Origin: an uncultured Dehalococcoidales bacterium
Lineage (GTDB): Bacteria; Chloroflexota; Dehalococcoidia; GIF9; UBA5629
Direction: 5' to 3'
NCBI GenBank assembly: GCA_964554375.1
Contig: CAZKOL010000001.1
Location: forward strand, 24,597 to 88,596
DNA: 64,000 nt
In this document: one piece after another, positions 47,077 through 57,871 of the stretch
Position numbering within the stretch: position 1 is the stretch's first letter
Layout: the number at the start of each line of letters is the position of its first letter
Notes under the pieces: generated by a model
Seen by the model: only the letters and a program-made list of their open reading frames with translations
The model's database searches: none
Told to the model about the DNA's origin: nothing
Made by a program: the position numbers and the translations under genes

Positions 47077-47140
47077 CCGTAGGGGCGTACCTTCAGGTGC
47101 GCCCGTCTTTTCGGGCGGGTTTGAAAACCCGCCCCTACAG
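47077..47140. repeat. GC-rich palindromic intergenic element, copy D
   Basis: ccgtaggggcgtaccttcaggtgcgcccgtcttttcgggcgggtttgaaaacccgcccctacag; near-identical architecture to copy A. Confidence 0.65.
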
Positions 47141-47192
47141 AATTTGACCTCCTTTATTTTTTATATATATAGACTTATAATCATATTAACAT

Positions 47193-47486
47193 ATGGAAAA
47201 CGAGGGCGCGCCGATAAATCCCGACTTCGCCTGCTACAACCATCCCGATAGGCGGGCCACCAGTGGTTGCTGGCGCTGCCAGCAGCTTATCTGCGACGAG
47301 TGCAGCGAAACTATTCTGGGCAAGACCTACTGTAAAAAATGCGCTGAAGAGGTGGCGCAACTTTCGTCAGGACCGGATGAACCCCATATCCTCAAGCGGG
47401 AGGTCAATTCCCCGGCCCTGATGGTCTTCATCATCATCATTACACTGCTGATAGCCGCCGCCGAGATCTGGGTGATGACCAGATAA
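47193..47486 (+). CDS. B-box/zinc-ribbon membrane protein
   Basis: C..HP...(n)C..C...C..C..(n)C..C pattern followed by a single TM helix; 97 aa. Confidence 0.5.
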   Translation: MENEGAPINPDFACYNHPDRRATSGCWRCQQLICDECSETILGKTYCKKCAEEVAQLSSGPDEPHILKREVNSPALMVFIIIITLLIAAAEIWVMTR

Positions 47487-47565
47487 ACAGACGTCGGCCC
47501 GGAACACCCCATAGCCCGGCGCGGCAGCCTCGTGGAGAGCTTCAAAAACTGCTATACTTCTGCCC

Positions 47566-48948
47566 ATGGACAATGTTCGCCGCCTGAAACCATTCTTCGA
47601 ACCCCGCTCCATCGCCATCATCGGGCTTTCCAGGAAAACGGGCGCCGGGTCATACAACGCACTGGAGAACCTGGTCGGCTACGGCTACAGCGGGCGTATC
47701 TACCCGGTAAACCCCAACGCCGGCGAGATCATGGGCTTCAAGGCCTACGCGTCGGTCAACGATATAGCTGACCCGGTGGACCTGGCCGTGATATCCACGC
47801 CGCGCGCAAGGGTACCGTCCCATGTGAGGGATTGCGCGGCCCGCGGCATCACGTGCGTAAGCATCGTGACACAGGGCTTTAACGATACGGGCGATGATGA
47901 GGGCCACAGGCTTTTCAACGAGCTAAAAGAGATCGCCGCCTCAACAGGCTGCAGGATACTCGGCCCCAACAGCTTCGGCAGCGCTAACGTCTTCTATAAT
48001 TTCAGCTCGGCCTTCGCCAGGATATCCATGCAGTCAAACCCCGTCGGGCTGGTCAGCCAGACGGGCGGCATCTTCAACGGTGTCTCGGAGTTCAGGTTCG
48101 TGGGAAAGGGCATCGACGTGGGCAACATCTGCAACGTAGATTTCGCCGACTGCCTGGAATACTTCGAGCACGACCCGCAGGTCAAGGTGATCGCCCTGCA
48201 CATCGAGGGCATGCCGGACGCCCGGCGCTTCATGGATATCGCCAGGCGCATCTCTCCACATAAACCCATAGTGGCGCTCAAAACGGGCAGGAGCAGGCAG
48301 GCCGTTAAAGCGGCCCGATCGCACACCGGCTCGCTGGCGGGCAGCAGCGAGGTGTGGGAGGCGGCCTTGAGACAGGCCGGGGTCATCAGCGTGAACAGCC
48401 TGGAGGAGCTGGTGGACCTTACCCGCGCACTCTGCATGCTGCCGCCGCTCAGCAACCCCAACATCTGCGTCGCCACCTTCAGCGGCGGCGCCGCTATCAT
48501 GGCGCTGGACGCCATGCAGGGCACGGACCTGCTGGCCGCGGACCCGGCGCCGGCCACCAGGGAGAAAATAGCCAGGCTGGCGCCCCCCTGGCTGGGTATA
48601 GGAAATCCCGTGGACTACTGGCCGATGGTAATGGGCACTGAATCCGTGGCACGCTCGATCAAGGGCATCATGGAGATTCTGCTGGCGGACGGGACTTTCG
48701 GCGGCTGGATGTTCATCCAGATCGTACCGGACAGCAGGATAAGCGCGGAGATAAGGGACCTGTTGAAGGATCTGGCCTCCGGGCATCCCGGCAAGCCGCT
48801 GGCATGCGTGCTGACCGGCGCTCACGGCTCAGAGCTTGTCAAAGAGCTGCAGGAAGACGGCCGCGTACTGGCTTTCCCCACACCGGAAAGGGCGTCCCGC
48901 GCTCTGGCCGGACTCTACCGCTATCACCGCTACCGTAGCGCCCCGTGA
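47566..48948 (+). CDS. CoA-binding protein, acetate--CoA ligase (ADP-forming) alpha-like family
   Basis: N-terminal CoA-binding Rossmann (PRSIAIIGLSRKTGAGSY...YPVNP) and succinyl-CoA-synthetase-like flavodoxin domain; 460 aa. Confidence 0.65.
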   Translation: MDNVRRLKPFFEPRSIAIIGLSRKTGAGSYNALENLVGYGYSGRIYPVNPNAGEIMGFKAYASVNDIADPVDLAVISTPRARVPSHVRDCAARGITCVSIVTQGFNDTGDDEGHRLFNELKEIAASTGCRILGPNSFGSANVFYNFSSAFARISMQSNPVGLVSQTGGIFNGVSEFRFVGKGIDVGNICNVDFADCLEYFEHDPQVKVIALHIEGMPDARRFMDIARRISPHKPIVALKTGRSRQAVKAARSHTGSLAGSSEVWEAALRQAGVISVNSLEELVDLTRALCMLPPLSNPNICVATFSGGAAIMALDAMQGTDLLAADPAPATREKIARLAPPWLGIGNPVDYWPMVMGTESVARSIKGIMEILLADGTFGGWMFIQIVPDSRISAEIRDLLKDLASGHPGKPLACVLTGAHGSELVKELQEDGRVLAFPTPERASRALAGLYRYHRYRSAP

Positions 48949-49716
48949 TCAGCGGGGTACGCACCTGATTACGATCACGTCGCTCAGCATGGGAAAGATG
49001 CCCGATATCCTGTCCAGCGACAGGACGATAAAGCGGGTAAGCCCGGCCGGAAAAGCGGCCAGCATATCGCCCCAGCCCGGCGTGCAGCAGAGCATGGAAA
49101 CGCCTGTGACTTTCTCCATCTTCATATAACGGTTGGCCATACCCATGAGCGTTCGATAGTCGAATTTGAACGTGTGGTCGGGCGGCAGTTCCCAGGGCAA
49201 TCGCTTGTAAGGGTTTTTAATCCCCAGCAGTTTCCTGCAGCCGAATATCAACTTGCCGATCTTGAATCCCAGGCTCTCGAAGTTGGCGATGGCTATGACG
49301 GCCCTGCCACCCGGCTTTATGGCCATGGCTATTTGTTCGAGGGCCCTGTCCGGGTCCGAGAAATGGTCCAGGGCGCCCTTGCAGAGTATCTTATCGATGG
49401 AGCCGGGGACTACGGGGATGCTCTCCCCGATAGCCTGCAGCACAGCGGTGTTGTGACCGTCCAGTTTGAGGGATTCGCGAGCGTGCGACAGCATGACGAA
49501 CGAGGGCTCCACGCCGATCAGGTCGGCGCCCGAGCCCGACATGTTGACGATGTCGATGGCGCGGCCGCACCCGATATCCAGTATGCGCTCACCCGGGTGC
49601 GGGTCTACCATCTCCAGCGTGGCGCGGCTCATGCGGCTGAAAAGGAACTCCACGTCCGGCCTGAGCTTATCCGGCAGGACCTCGTTGTCGTCCCAGTTGA
49701 GATCAACCCTGTTCAT
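48949..49716 (-). CDS. class I SAM-dependent methyltransferase
   Basis: motif I ILDIGCGRA, Methyltransf_11-like; 255 aa. Confidence 0.75.
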   Translation of the reverse strand: MNRVDLNWDDNEVLPDKLRPDVEFLFSRMSRATLEMVDPHPGERILDIGCGRAIDIVNMSGSGADLIGVEPSFVMLSHARESLKLDGHNTAVLQAIGESIPVVPGSIDKILCKGALDHFSDPDRALEQIAMAIKPGGRAVIAIANFESLGFKIGKLIFGCRKLLGIKNPYKRLPWELPPDHTFKFDYRTLMGMANRYMKMEKVTGVSMLCCTPGWGDMLAAFPAGLTRFIVLSLDRISGIFPMLSDVIVIRCVPR

Positions 49717-49814
49717 CGGCGCGCGCGGAGAGACAAAGAATTCATGGCTGTTAAAGTATATCAGAATTGTCTGCCGGCATGCGGGATGGCCGGGTGCGCC
49801 TGAGATGAAGGCGG

Positions 49815-50924
49815 TCAGCGCGGCAGACTATTAACAGCCTGCTCCAGCTCGGAGTAGCGGGTCATGGCGGATACGCGGTCCACGAATTCGGACAGCGAGC
49901 CGGACGCGTCACGCAGCTTTCTCATCTGCCCGTATATGGGGCTGGCTGAGCCGGGGTCCTTTCCATAGATTCCGTGAAAGGCGAAATAGGCCTGGTTCAG
50001 CTTCCTGATACGGTAACCGTTATCATTGAAAAAGATCCTCCGCTGCTCCATATACGCTTCCGCTTCATCGATCCCGCCGGCTACGAGAAGCTCATCCACG
50101 TGACGCCGTGTGAGGCGCATCTCCGCATTGAAATCAAAGCCGTCCGCGGCCCCTCCGGCCTGCTGCGGGACCGGGCTTTCACCATAGCGCCGGTAGACTA
50201 CGTCCCCTATCTCTTCGGCAATCATACCGGCCAGCGTCTCGTTCATAATGATCACATTGGGGTCCTGGCTGAAGCCCAAACAATCCAAGAAATAGAGGAA
50301 GCCCAGCGGCCGCAGGGCTAAATACTGGTGCGCCCATTCCTCCACAGCCGCCTCCACGATGTTTTTCAGCGGCATGGAAGGCGATACGATGGACGGATAA
50401 GCGGCCCCGAAGCCGCCGATCTTCACCACCAGCGAGGACAGTCCCAGGGCGTCGATTGCGTTCTCGACTTCCGCGACCTGGCTGCCGTCCAGGCCGGGCT
50501 GTAAAAGCAGCCTGTCTAAATACTGGATACGCTCCCTGGGCGATACCACCAGCAGGAGAGGCGGGGCCTGGAGCCTGGTCCTGACGGGTGGCACGGCTGC
50601 AATCTCTTGCTCTTTCAATGCCTGCTCGATATCCCGCTCCAGCGCGTCAGGCGAGACGGGCAGAACGGACGCGTTAGAGACCAGCGAAATGCGAGCAAAG
50701 GTGTTTTGCGTCTCCCAGGCCACGAGATGCAACGCGTAAGGCTCCGCGATACGTTGTATCTCAGCCCCGCTATCCTGCCCGCCGCCCGGCAGGCACCCGG
50801 CTGAAAAGACCAGCAGCATAAATAGCAGGTACAACGGGTTTTTATGAATTGAGTGGAGGCTGAACACCCTGGCTAATCCTTTACGCCCCGGCCGGCGTTT
50901 AATTCTGACACTGTCGTTTCCCAT
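49815..50924 (-). CDS. hypothetical lipoprotein/secreted protein
   Basis: N-terminal hydrophobic segment with Cys (LVFSAGC); no recognisable catalytic motif; 369 aa. Confidence 0.4.
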   Translation of the reverse strand: MGNDSVRIKRRPGRKGLARVFSLHSIHKNPLYLLFMLLVFSAGCLPGGGQDSGAEIQRIAEPYALHLVAWETQNTFARISLVSNASVLPVSPDALERDIEQALKEQEIAAVPPVRTRLQAPPLLLVVSPRERIQYLDRLLLQPGLDGSQVAEVENAIDALGLSSLVVKIGGFGAAYPSIVSPSMPLKNIVEAAVEEWAHQYLALRPLGFLYFLDCLGFSQDPNVIIMNETLAGMIAEEIGDVVYRRYGESPVPQQAGGAADGFDFNAEMRLTRRHVDELLVAGGIDEAEAYMEQRRIFFNDNGYRIRKLNQAYFAFHGIYGKDPGSASPIYGQMRKLRDASGSLSEFVDRVSAMTRYSELEQAVNSLPR

Positions 50925-51137
50925 CGAAATAACAAAATACGGTTTTTATTGTGCCCTAAAACCCCCTCCCGGCCAAATCCACGCCACGCTGCAACTAAGC
51001 ATTTCTGCCTAATCCCTTTCATTCATTTATGCGCTTGTGCGCAAATTTAAATTAAGCGTCACGACGGATGTCCCTGCGCTTCCTGCATGTTAAATTTAAA
51101 GCGTAAGAAATAAGGATCAGGAATAACAAAGGAGGCA

Positions 51138-51482
51138 ATGAAAATGGCTGAATTAATGGAAAAGGTCCAGAACACTGACACGGCACAGGAAGCTTCCAGG
51201 TTCAATTTCTGGGCTGACAAGCAGCCCTGCTGGGAGAAGTGCCATTGCCCCGAGATGATAAAGGCAGAGTGCCCGTCCACCATGTACCAGTTCGTGCCCT
51301 GCTGGGAGATCGAGGGCACCTATTGCAAGCTGGACGATCAGGGGGCAACCGGCAAGGACACCAGCATCTGCGAGGTCTGCCGGGTATACAAGAAGTACGG
51401 CAACGGCGAACCCATCAGGCTCAAGGTTTTCGGCAAGGGCATGGACACCCAGCTGAAATCCCTGGAAAAAATAGCCCGCTGA
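51138..51482 (+). CDS. small cysteine-rich protein (putative metal-binding)
   Basis: 114 aa with 8 Cys in C-x-C/C-P pairs (CWEKCHCP, CP, CWE, CEVC). Confidence 0.45.
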   Translation: MKMAELMEKVQNTDTAQEASRFNFWADKQPCWEKCHCPEMIKAECPSTMYQFVPCWEIEGTYCKLDDQGATGKDTSICEVCRVYKKYGNGEPIRLKVFGKGMDTQLKSLEKIAR

Positions 51483-51626
51483 ACGATCACCGCACAGAAA
51501 GCTATCAAGGCTGGCCTTTTAAAGGCCAGCCTTTCTTATTTCCGGCATTAATCTTTCATCAAATGTGACTTTTATTACTTGCGCTAGCGAAAAAATTGAT
51601 ATAATTGGCTTACTGGCGAACGGAGG

Positions 51627-52160
51627 ATGCAAATGAAAGATGGGCAGAATGCCATTATAGCTGCGTTGAAATATGCGTTGCAGATGGAGATCGACGGCAA
51701 GAAGTTCTATACGCTGGCAGCACGGGAGAGCAACAACAGGGTGGGCAGGGACCTTTATTCGTGGCTGGCCGACCAGGAGGGGCTGCACTACAAGCGCTTC
51801 GAAGAGATCTATGCAGCCATAACAGCCGACAGGGGCTGGCCTGCGGCAAGCGTAGAGCCAGGAAAACCTGTTAAGCTGGGAACTCTTTTTTCAAAACTTA
51901 TCAACGAGGCGGCCAAGCCGTCCGGAACGGGGTCGGCGGAGATAGGCTCGACCGATCAGGCGATTGAGCTTGAGATAAAATCCCGCGATTATTACAGGCA
52001 GAGAGAAAATGAAGCTTCCTCGGACGACGAAAGGAAGTTTTTCAAGACTATTTCCGCTGAAGAGCAGGGGCACTACCTGGCGCTGGTCGACTACAAGGAA
52101 TATATCACCGATCCCGAAGGCTGGTTTACCCGCACGGAACACCATCTCCTCGAAGGGTGA
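51627..52160 (+). CDS. rubrerythrin-like ferritin-fold diiron protein
   Basis: two E-x-x-H-containing helices pairs (EIDGKKFY...QEGLHYKRF; ELEIKSRDYY...AEEQGHY); 177 aa; RBS ggagg. Confidence 0.65.
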   Translation: MQMKDGQNAIIAALKYALQMEIDGKKFYTLAARESNNRVGRDLYSWLADQEGLHYKRFEEIYAAITADRGWPAASVEPGKPVKLGTLFSKLINEAAKPSGTGSAEIGSTDQAIELEIKSRDYYRQRENEASSDDERKFFKTISAEEQGHYLALVDYKEYITDPEGWFTRTEHHLLEG

Positions 52161-52195
52161 TGCTCATTTAATAGTATGGAGGTGAAATACATATT

Positions 52196-52879
52196 ATGAA
52201 CGCCAAGGCCCTGTACTCTCTTACCTACGGCCTTTTCGTCGTGTCATCCGTGAAGGGTGACAGGATCAACGGGCAGATCGCCAATACGGTCATCCAGGTA
52301 TGCTCCGAGCCGCAGGTGATCCAGGCCGTGATCAACCGCAGCAATCTCACGCATGAATATATATCCGGCAGCAAGGTCTTCACGGTTTCCATACTGTCTG
52401 AAGAAACGCCTCTCAGCTTCATCGGTGGTTTCGGGTTCAAGAGCGGCCGCGACGTCGACAAGTTCAATGGAATAGGCTACAAGACCGGGCAAAGCGGCGC
52501 GCCGGTGGCGCTGGACAACTCCCTGGCATATCTCGAGGCCAAGGTGATAATGCAGACGGACGTTCATACTCATACCATATTTGTGGGGCAGCTCATCGAC
52601 GCCGATGTCATCAAAGAAGGCGAACCGATGACCTACGCCTATTATCAGCAGGTCAAGCGGGGCGCCACACCCAAAACGGCGCCAAGCTATATTGCAGATA
52701 AAAAGGAGGAGAAAGTCATCATGGACAAGTACCAGTGCAGTGTTTGCGGGTATATTTATGACCCTGAGAAAGGCGACCCCGACGGCGGTATCAAGCCCGG
52801 CACGAGGTTCGAAGATATTCCCGACGACTGGACCTGCCCTGTTTGCGGCGCAGAAAAAAGCCAGTTTAAAAAACTCTAA
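52196..52879 (+). CDS. flavin reductase-like domain fused to C-terminal rubredoxin (high-molecular-weight rubredoxin)
   Basis: Flavin_Reduct N-domain; C-terminal [10 protein letters not shown]...[10 protein letters not shown] rubredoxin motif. Confidence 0.8.
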   Translation: MNAKALYSLTYGLFVVSSVKGDRINGQIANTVIQVCSEPQVIQAVINRSNLTHEYISGSKVFTVSILSEETPLSFIGGFGFKSGRDVDKFNGIGYKTGQSGAPVALDNSLAYLEAKVIMQTDVHTHTIFVGQLIDADVIKEGEPMTYAYYQQVKRGATPKTAPSYIADKKEEKVIMDKYQCSVCGYIYDPEKGDPDGGIKPGTRFEDIPDDWTCPVCGAEKSQFKKL

Positions 52880-52891
52880 GCGGAGGTTGTT

Positions 52892-54076
52892 ATGAAAAGG
52901 CTGCAGATCAGGCCCGGCATCGACCCGGTGGGCGCCATAGACTGGGACCGCCGGCTGTTTGACTCGCTGATCCCACTGCCCGACGGCACCAGCTACAACT
53001 CTTACCTCGTCCGCGGCAGCGAAAAAACCGCGCTCATCGACACGGTTGATCCTCCAATGGACATGGTCCTTACGGGAAACCTCGACGACCTCAAAGTCGA
53101 TCGGATTGATTATGTCATCTGCAACCATGCGGAACAGGACCATGCGGGCAGCATCCCCCTGATACTGGACCTGTACCCGGAGGCAAAGGTTGTCTGCACG
53201 CCCAAATGCAAAGGCATGCTGATCGACCTTTTACACCTCGATGAGGGCGTCTTCATGACTGTCAACGACGGCGACACGTTGTCGCTGGGCAATAAGACCT
53301 TCGAATTCATCCATGCGCCCTGGGTGCACTGGCCTGAGACCATGGTCTGCTACCTGCGCGAGGATAAAATCCTCTTCTCATGCGACTTCTTCGGCGCCCA
53401 CCTGGCGCAGTCCGCCCTCTACGCGCAGGATGAATGCCAGGTATATGAGTCCGCCAAGAGGTATTTCGGCGAGATTATGATGCCCTTCAGGGCCAACATC
53501 AAAAAGAACCTGGAACGTCTTAAGGCTTACTCCATCGAAATCATCGCGCCCAGCCACGGGCCGGTCTACGACAGGCCGCAGTTCATCCTCGACGCCTACA
53601 GAAGCTGGGTTTACGACGAACCCCGGAACATGGTCCTGCTGCCTTACGTTTCCATGCACGGCAGCACCAGGGAGATGGTCGACCACCTGGTAGGGGCGCT
53701 GATTGAGCGTGGCGTGAACGTCAGGCAGTTCGACCTCACGGTAGCCGACCCCGGCAAGATAGCCATCGCACTGGTGGATTCGGCCACGCTGGTGCTGGGC
53801 GCCTGCACGGTGCTGGGCGGGGCGCACCCGCTGGCAGCCAATGTAGTTTTCCTGGCGAACGCCCTCCGTCCCAATCTTAAATTCGCCACCATCATCGGCT
53901 CCTTCGGCTGGGGCAGCCGCACCATAGAGCAGATCACCGGCATGCTGACCAATATAAAACCCGAGGTGTTGCCGCCCGTATACATCAAGGGCAATCCGGC
54001 GGAAGCCGACTTCGCCTCCCTCGATGCGCTGGCGGAAACCATCGCTCAGAAACACCGGGAGAACGGCTACAAATAA
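52892..54076 (+). CDS. flavodiiron protein (FprA/Roo-type; metallo-beta-lactamase + flavodoxin domains)
   Basis: diiron site H-x-E-x-D-H (CNHAEQDHAGS), C-terminal flavodoxin-like domain; 394 aa. Confidence 0.8.
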   Translation: MKRLQIRPGIDPVGAIDWDRRLFDSLIPLPDGTSYNSYLVRGSEKTALIDTVDPPMDMVLTGNLDDLKVDRIDYVICNHAEQDHAGSIPLILDLYPEAKVVCTPKCKGMLIDLLHLDEGVFMTVNDGDTLSLGNKTFEFIHAPWVHWPETMVCYLREDKILFSCDFFGAHLAQSALYAQDECQVYESAKRYFGEIMMPFRANIKKNLERLKAYSIEIIAPSHGPVYDRPQFILDAYRSWVYDEPRNMVLLPYVSMHGSTREMVDHLVGALIERGVNVRQFDLTVADPGKIAIALVDSATLVLGACTVLGGAHPLAANVVFLANALRPNLKFATIIGSFGWGSRTIEQITGMLTNIKPEVLPPVYIKGNPAEADFASLDALAETIAQKHRENGYK

Positions 54077-54097
54077 CCGCTGAGAGGAGTACCGATA

Positions 54098-54640
54098 ATG
54101 ACTCACTGGATGTGCGAAAAATGCAGCTTCGTGATCGAATCGCCCAAACCGCCCGACCCCTGCCCGAACTGCCAGGTTAAATGCGCCTTCAACGATGTCA
54201 CCTGCTACACGCCTGACTGCGGGGGCCTCGGCACGCTGGATTCCAGGCTGGTGGCCCAGCGCGTAATGAAAAAGGAGAAACCGGGAAAGGTAATGCATTT
54301 CAGCGACCTGGTCAGGGGACGTACCTCCGAAGGCAGGGAGAAACACATCCCCGGCATCGAGCTGATCAAGGGACAGGGTAAAATGGGCAAGGACCTGGTG
54401 GAGATCGTGGTAGGAAGGGAATCACCCCATCCCAATACGGCGGAACACTACGTAGTCTGGATCCAGGCTTTCGGCGCTAAAAAAGACGGCCGCATCATGG
54501 ACCTGGGAAGAGAGATATTCAAGCCCGAAAAAGGCCAGCCTATTTATGCATTCGAGATCAATTCATCCGAGTATAAACACCTTTTCTCCTTCAGCTACTG
54601 CACCCAGCACGGCGTCTGGGAACAGCACCTGGAGCTGTAA
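54098..54640 (+). CDS. superoxide reductase (desulfoferrodoxin/neelaredoxin family) with N-terminal Cys4 zinc-ribbon
   Basis: EKHIP motif ([10 protein letters not shown]), C-terminal CTQHGVWE (C-x-x-H-G-x-W); N-terminal CEKC...CPNC ribbon; 180 aa. Confidence 0.75.
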   Translation: MTHWMCEKCSFVIESPKPPDPCPNCQVKCAFNDVTCYTPDCGGLGTLDSRLVAQRVMKKEKPGKVMHFSDLVRGRTSEGREKHIPGIELIKGQGKMGKDLVEIVVGRESPHPNTAEHYVVWIQAFGAKKDGRIMDLGREIFKPEKGQPIYAFEINSSEYKHLFSFSYCTQHGVWEQHLEL

Positions 54641-56931
54641 TGCCGGGGCAGGATAAGCCCGCAATCCCAAAAACCACCTTCGCCGTAAGCGGGATGTCAT
54701 GCGCATCCTGCGTTTCCCGCGTCGAAAAGTCCCTGCAGGGTCTGCCGGGCGTGGTTTCAGTCGCGGTCAACCTCGCATCCAACAGGGCGGTCGTCGAGCA
54801 CACCCGTGATGCCGACATCGCAGGGATTCTGCGCGCAGTGGCTGACGCCGGCTACAAGATGGAGGTGGTGACGGCGGAAGAGGGCAGGGTGGATACGGCC
54901 TCGCAGCGCGAGATGTCCGAACTCAGGAACCAGTTTATATTCGCTTTATGCGTGGCAGCCGTGATCATGCTGCTTAGCATGACCTCCGCACTCGATTACG
55001 CCTGGAAGCCCTACCTGCTCTGGGCGCTGGCCACGCCGGTACAGTTCTGGGCCGGCCTGCGCTTCTACAGGGGCGCCTGGGGCGCACTCAAGCACAGGGC
55101 GGCGGATATGAACACGCTTATAGCCGTGGGCGCCTCGGCGGCCTATTTGTACAGCGTGGCGGTGGCGCTCTTCCCGCATTTCTTCGCCGCGGCAGGGATC
55201 GGCCACGGCTTGTACTTCGACACGTCAGCCATGATCATAGCCCTGATACTGATGGGCCGTTACCTGGAATCGCGCGCCAAGGGCCAGACTTCCGAAGCCA
55301 TAAAGAAGCTCATCGGCCTGCGTCCCAACAGGGCCACGACCATACGCGACGGGAATGAGGTGGATGTACCGGTGGAAGAAGTGGTGGAGGGTGATATTTT
55401 ACTGGTGAAACCGGGAGAGAAGGCGCCGGTGGACGGCATTGTCAGCGAGGGCTATTCAACCGTGGATGAGTCCATGCTGACGGGCGAGAGCATGCCGGTT
55501 GAAAAAAGGGCGGGGGACAGCGTCACCGGCGCCACGCTCAACATGACTGGCAGCTTCAGGTTCAGGGCGACCAGGGTCGGCAGGGACACGGTGCTGGCCC
55601 AGATCATCAGGCTGGTCGACGAAGCACAGGGAAGCAAGGCGCCCATCCAGAGGCTGGCGGATATCATCGCCGGCTATTTTGTGCCTGCGGTCATCGCCAT
55701 CGCCGTCATCACCTTTTTTATCTGGCTGATAATCGGGCCCCAACCCACCTTCACCTACGCCCTGCTCAATTTCGTGGCCGTGCTGATCATCGCCTGTCCC
55801 TGCGCGCTGGGGCTGGCCACACCCACGGCCATCATTGTGGGGACGGGCAAGGGCGCCGAATACGGGATACTCATCAAAAACGGGGAAACGCTGGAGCGCA
55901 CGCACAGGATAACCACGGTTATGCTGGATAAAACCGGCACCCTCACCCTGGGGCGTCCCCGGCTGACCGACGTGATAGCCATTTCTCCTTTCTCCGAAGG
56001 CGAGGCGCTGCGGCTGGCAGCGGCGGCTGAGCGGAACTCCGAGCATCCTCTGGCGCAGACTATTGTAAGGTACGCTCAGGAACGGGGCCTCACCGTTCCC
56101 GTGCCGGAGGCTTTTCAAGCCCTGCCCGGCCTGGGTATCAAAGCAGGAATTGAAGGCCATGCGGTATTAATCGGCAACAGCGCGCTGATGCAGGATAACG
56201 GCGTTGAGACGGTCGCGGCGGACAGGGCGGCCGAGCAGCTCTGGAATGAAGGAAAAACCGTGCTCTTTATGAGCGTCGATAACAGGATATCGGCCGTATT
56301 CGCGCTCTCAGACACTCTCAAACCCAATGCGGCGGCGGCCGTCTCCGCATTGGGAAAAATGGGGCTTCGCGTAGTAATGCTTACAGGTGACAACCTGCGC
56401 GCGGCCAATTATATTGCCGGACAGGCGGGAATCGAGGAAGCAATTGCGGGAGTGCTGCCTGAAAATAAATCGTCGGAAGTGCTAAAATTACAGCAGGCCG
56501 GCCAGGTAGTGGCGATGGTCGGAGACGGTATAAACGATGCGCCGGCCCTGGCCCAGGCCGATATAGGCATAGCCATGGGCACAGGAACTGATGTGGCAGT
56601 CGAAACGGGTGACATCACTCTCATGAGGGGAGACCTCGGCGGTATAGTCACGGCCATCTCGCTCAGCAGGCAATCGATGCGCACCATCAAGCAGAACCTG
56701 TTCTGGGCCTTCGCCTACAACGTTATCCTCATACCCGTGGCGGCGGGCATACTGTATCCATTCTTTTCTGCCGGGAACGTCCCGCCCGGGCTCCAGTTCA
56801 TATTCGGCCGGTATGGTTTCCTCAACCCCATGCTGGCCGCGCTGGCCATGGCAGCCAGCTCGGTTACGGTGGTATCCAACTCCCTGCGGTTGAAGAGGTT
56901 CAAACCTGTGGAGCTGTCCTGCGCAAAATGA
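54640..56931 (+). CDS. copA: copper-translocating P1B-type ATPase
   Basis: HMA domain [17 protein letters not shown] motif, phosphorylation site [15 protein letters not shown] hinge; 763 aa. Confidence 0.9.
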   Translation: MPGQDKPAIPKTTFAVSGMSCASCVSRVEKSLQGLPGVVSVAVNLASNRAVVEHTRDADIAGILRAVADAGYKMEVVTAEEGRVDTASQREMSELRNQFIFALCVAAVIMLLSMTSALDYAWKPYLLWALATPVQFWAGLRFYRGAWGALKHRAADMNTLIAVGASAAYLYSVAVALFPHFFAAAGIGHGLYFDTSAMIIALILMGRYLESRAKGQTSEAIKKLIGLRPNRATTIRDGNEVDVPVEEVVEGDILLVKPGEKAPVDGIVSEGYSTVDESMLTGESMPVEKRAGDSVTGATLNMTGSFRFRATRVGRDTVLAQIIRLVDEAQGSKAPIQRLADIIAGYFVPAVIAIAVITFFIWLIIGPQPTFTYALLNFVAVLIIACPCALGLATPTAIIVGTGKGAEYGILIKNGETLERTHRITTVMLDKTGTLTLGRPRLTDVIAISPFSEGEALRLAAAAERNSEHPLAQTIVRYAQERGLTVPVPEAFQALPGLGIKAGIEGHAVLIGNSALMQDNGVETVAADRAAEQLWNEGKTVLFMSVDNRISAVFALSDTLKPNAAAAVSALGKMGLRVVMLTGDNLRAANYIAGQAGIEEAIAGVLPENKSSEVLKLQQAGQVVAMVGDGINDAPALAQADIGIAMGTGTDVAVETGDITLMRGDLGGIVTAISLSRQSMRTIKQNLFWAFAYNVILIPVAAGILYPFFSAGNVPPGLQFIFGRYGFLNPMLAALAMAASSVTVVSNSLRLKRFKPVELSCAK

Positions 56932-57004
56932 TGACTTACGTCACATACAAAGGTAACAAATTTTTAGTAATCTGCGATCAACGCAGGTTGACGCATGTAA
57001 ATAG

Positions 57005-57850
57005 ATGGAGGTGGAATTGAAAAAATCAGAGATCGTCGAACTGCTGAACATGGACATCGAGGGGGAACATGCAGCCATCATCCAGTACCTGGCCCATGCC
57101 TATGCCATGGGTGAAGGTGAGTTGTCCTGCGAGATCGAGGCCATCGCGCGCGAGGAGATGCGCCACCTCGATTGGCTGGCTGAGACGGTGACCGAACTGG
57201 GAGGAGTCCCCAGCTTCACGCGCGGCAAAATGCGCCAGGGCGGCAAGACCGTGACCGCCTGGATGAAAAACGACGTCCTGGCCGAGCAAGAGGCTGTTAC
57301 TATGTACCGGGAGCATATCGGCCTTATCAAGGACGCCAGGATCAAGAGATTGCTGGAGCGCATACTCTCCGATGAGATGTCGCACCACGGCGACTTTGTG
57401 GGCTTCGTCAGCGAGACCGCCGAAGAGAAGATGAAGGACCTGCGCGGCAAGCGCGACGACAAGGTTACCCGTGTGCTCGACTGGGGCATCGAGCACGAAT
57501 ACACCGTGATTATCCAGTATATGCTCCACTCTTACCTGTCCCCCAACGAGGAGATGAAAAAGGAGATGCAGGACCAGGCCGTCAACGAGATGCAGCACCT
57601 CGGGTGGCTGGCGGAAAAAATGGTGAGCAGGGGCGGGCACCCTCATATAGAACACTCTAAAATAGTCAGGCCGAAGACGCCCGCTAAGATGCTCGACGCC
57701 GATATCAAGATAGAAAAACAGGTTGCAGCACAATACGACAAGGCGGCCCGCGAGATAGACGACAGAAAGCTCAAGAAGCTATTGACCAGGATTCGAGACC
57801 ACGAGCTATACCACATAAAAGTATTCAATGACCTGAAAAGGGCGCTCTAG
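57005..57850 (+). CDS. tandem ferritin-like domain protein (bacterioferritin/rubrerythrin superfamily)
   Basis: two repeats each with E...E-x-x-H pairs (EGEHAAIIQY, EEMRHLDW; EHEYTVIIQY, NEMQHLGW); 281 aa. Confidence 0.6.
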   Translation: MEVELKKSEIVELLNMDIEGEHAAIIQYLAHAYAMGEGELSCEIEAIAREEMRHLDWLAETVTELGGVPSFTRGKMRQGGKTVTAWMKNDVLAEQEAVTMYREHIGLIKDARIKRLLERILSDEMSHHGDFVGFVSETAEEKMKDLRGKRDDKVTRVLDWGIEHEYTVIIQYMLHSYLSPNEEMKKEMQDQAVNEMQHLGWLAEKMVSRGGHPHIEHSKIVRPKTPAKMLDADIKIEKQVAAQYDKAAREIDDRKLKKLLTRIRDHELYHIKVFNDLKRAL

Positions 57851-57871
57851 GAATATTAAGGAGGGACAGAA

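Noticed and set aside
132-56160. Numerous long antisense or alternative-frame ORFs nested inside GC-rich genes (for example 132-401, 1424-1969, 1839-2927, 3073-4314, 4483-5361, 25143-26267, 30438-31544, 39008-40168, 41013-41852, 48034-48825, 55456-56160)
   Set aside because: They overlap well-supported domain-containing genes on the opposite strand or frame. Their translations are Arg/Ala/Gly/Pro-rich low-complexity sequence typical of spurious open frames in high-GC DNA, and they lack RBSs.
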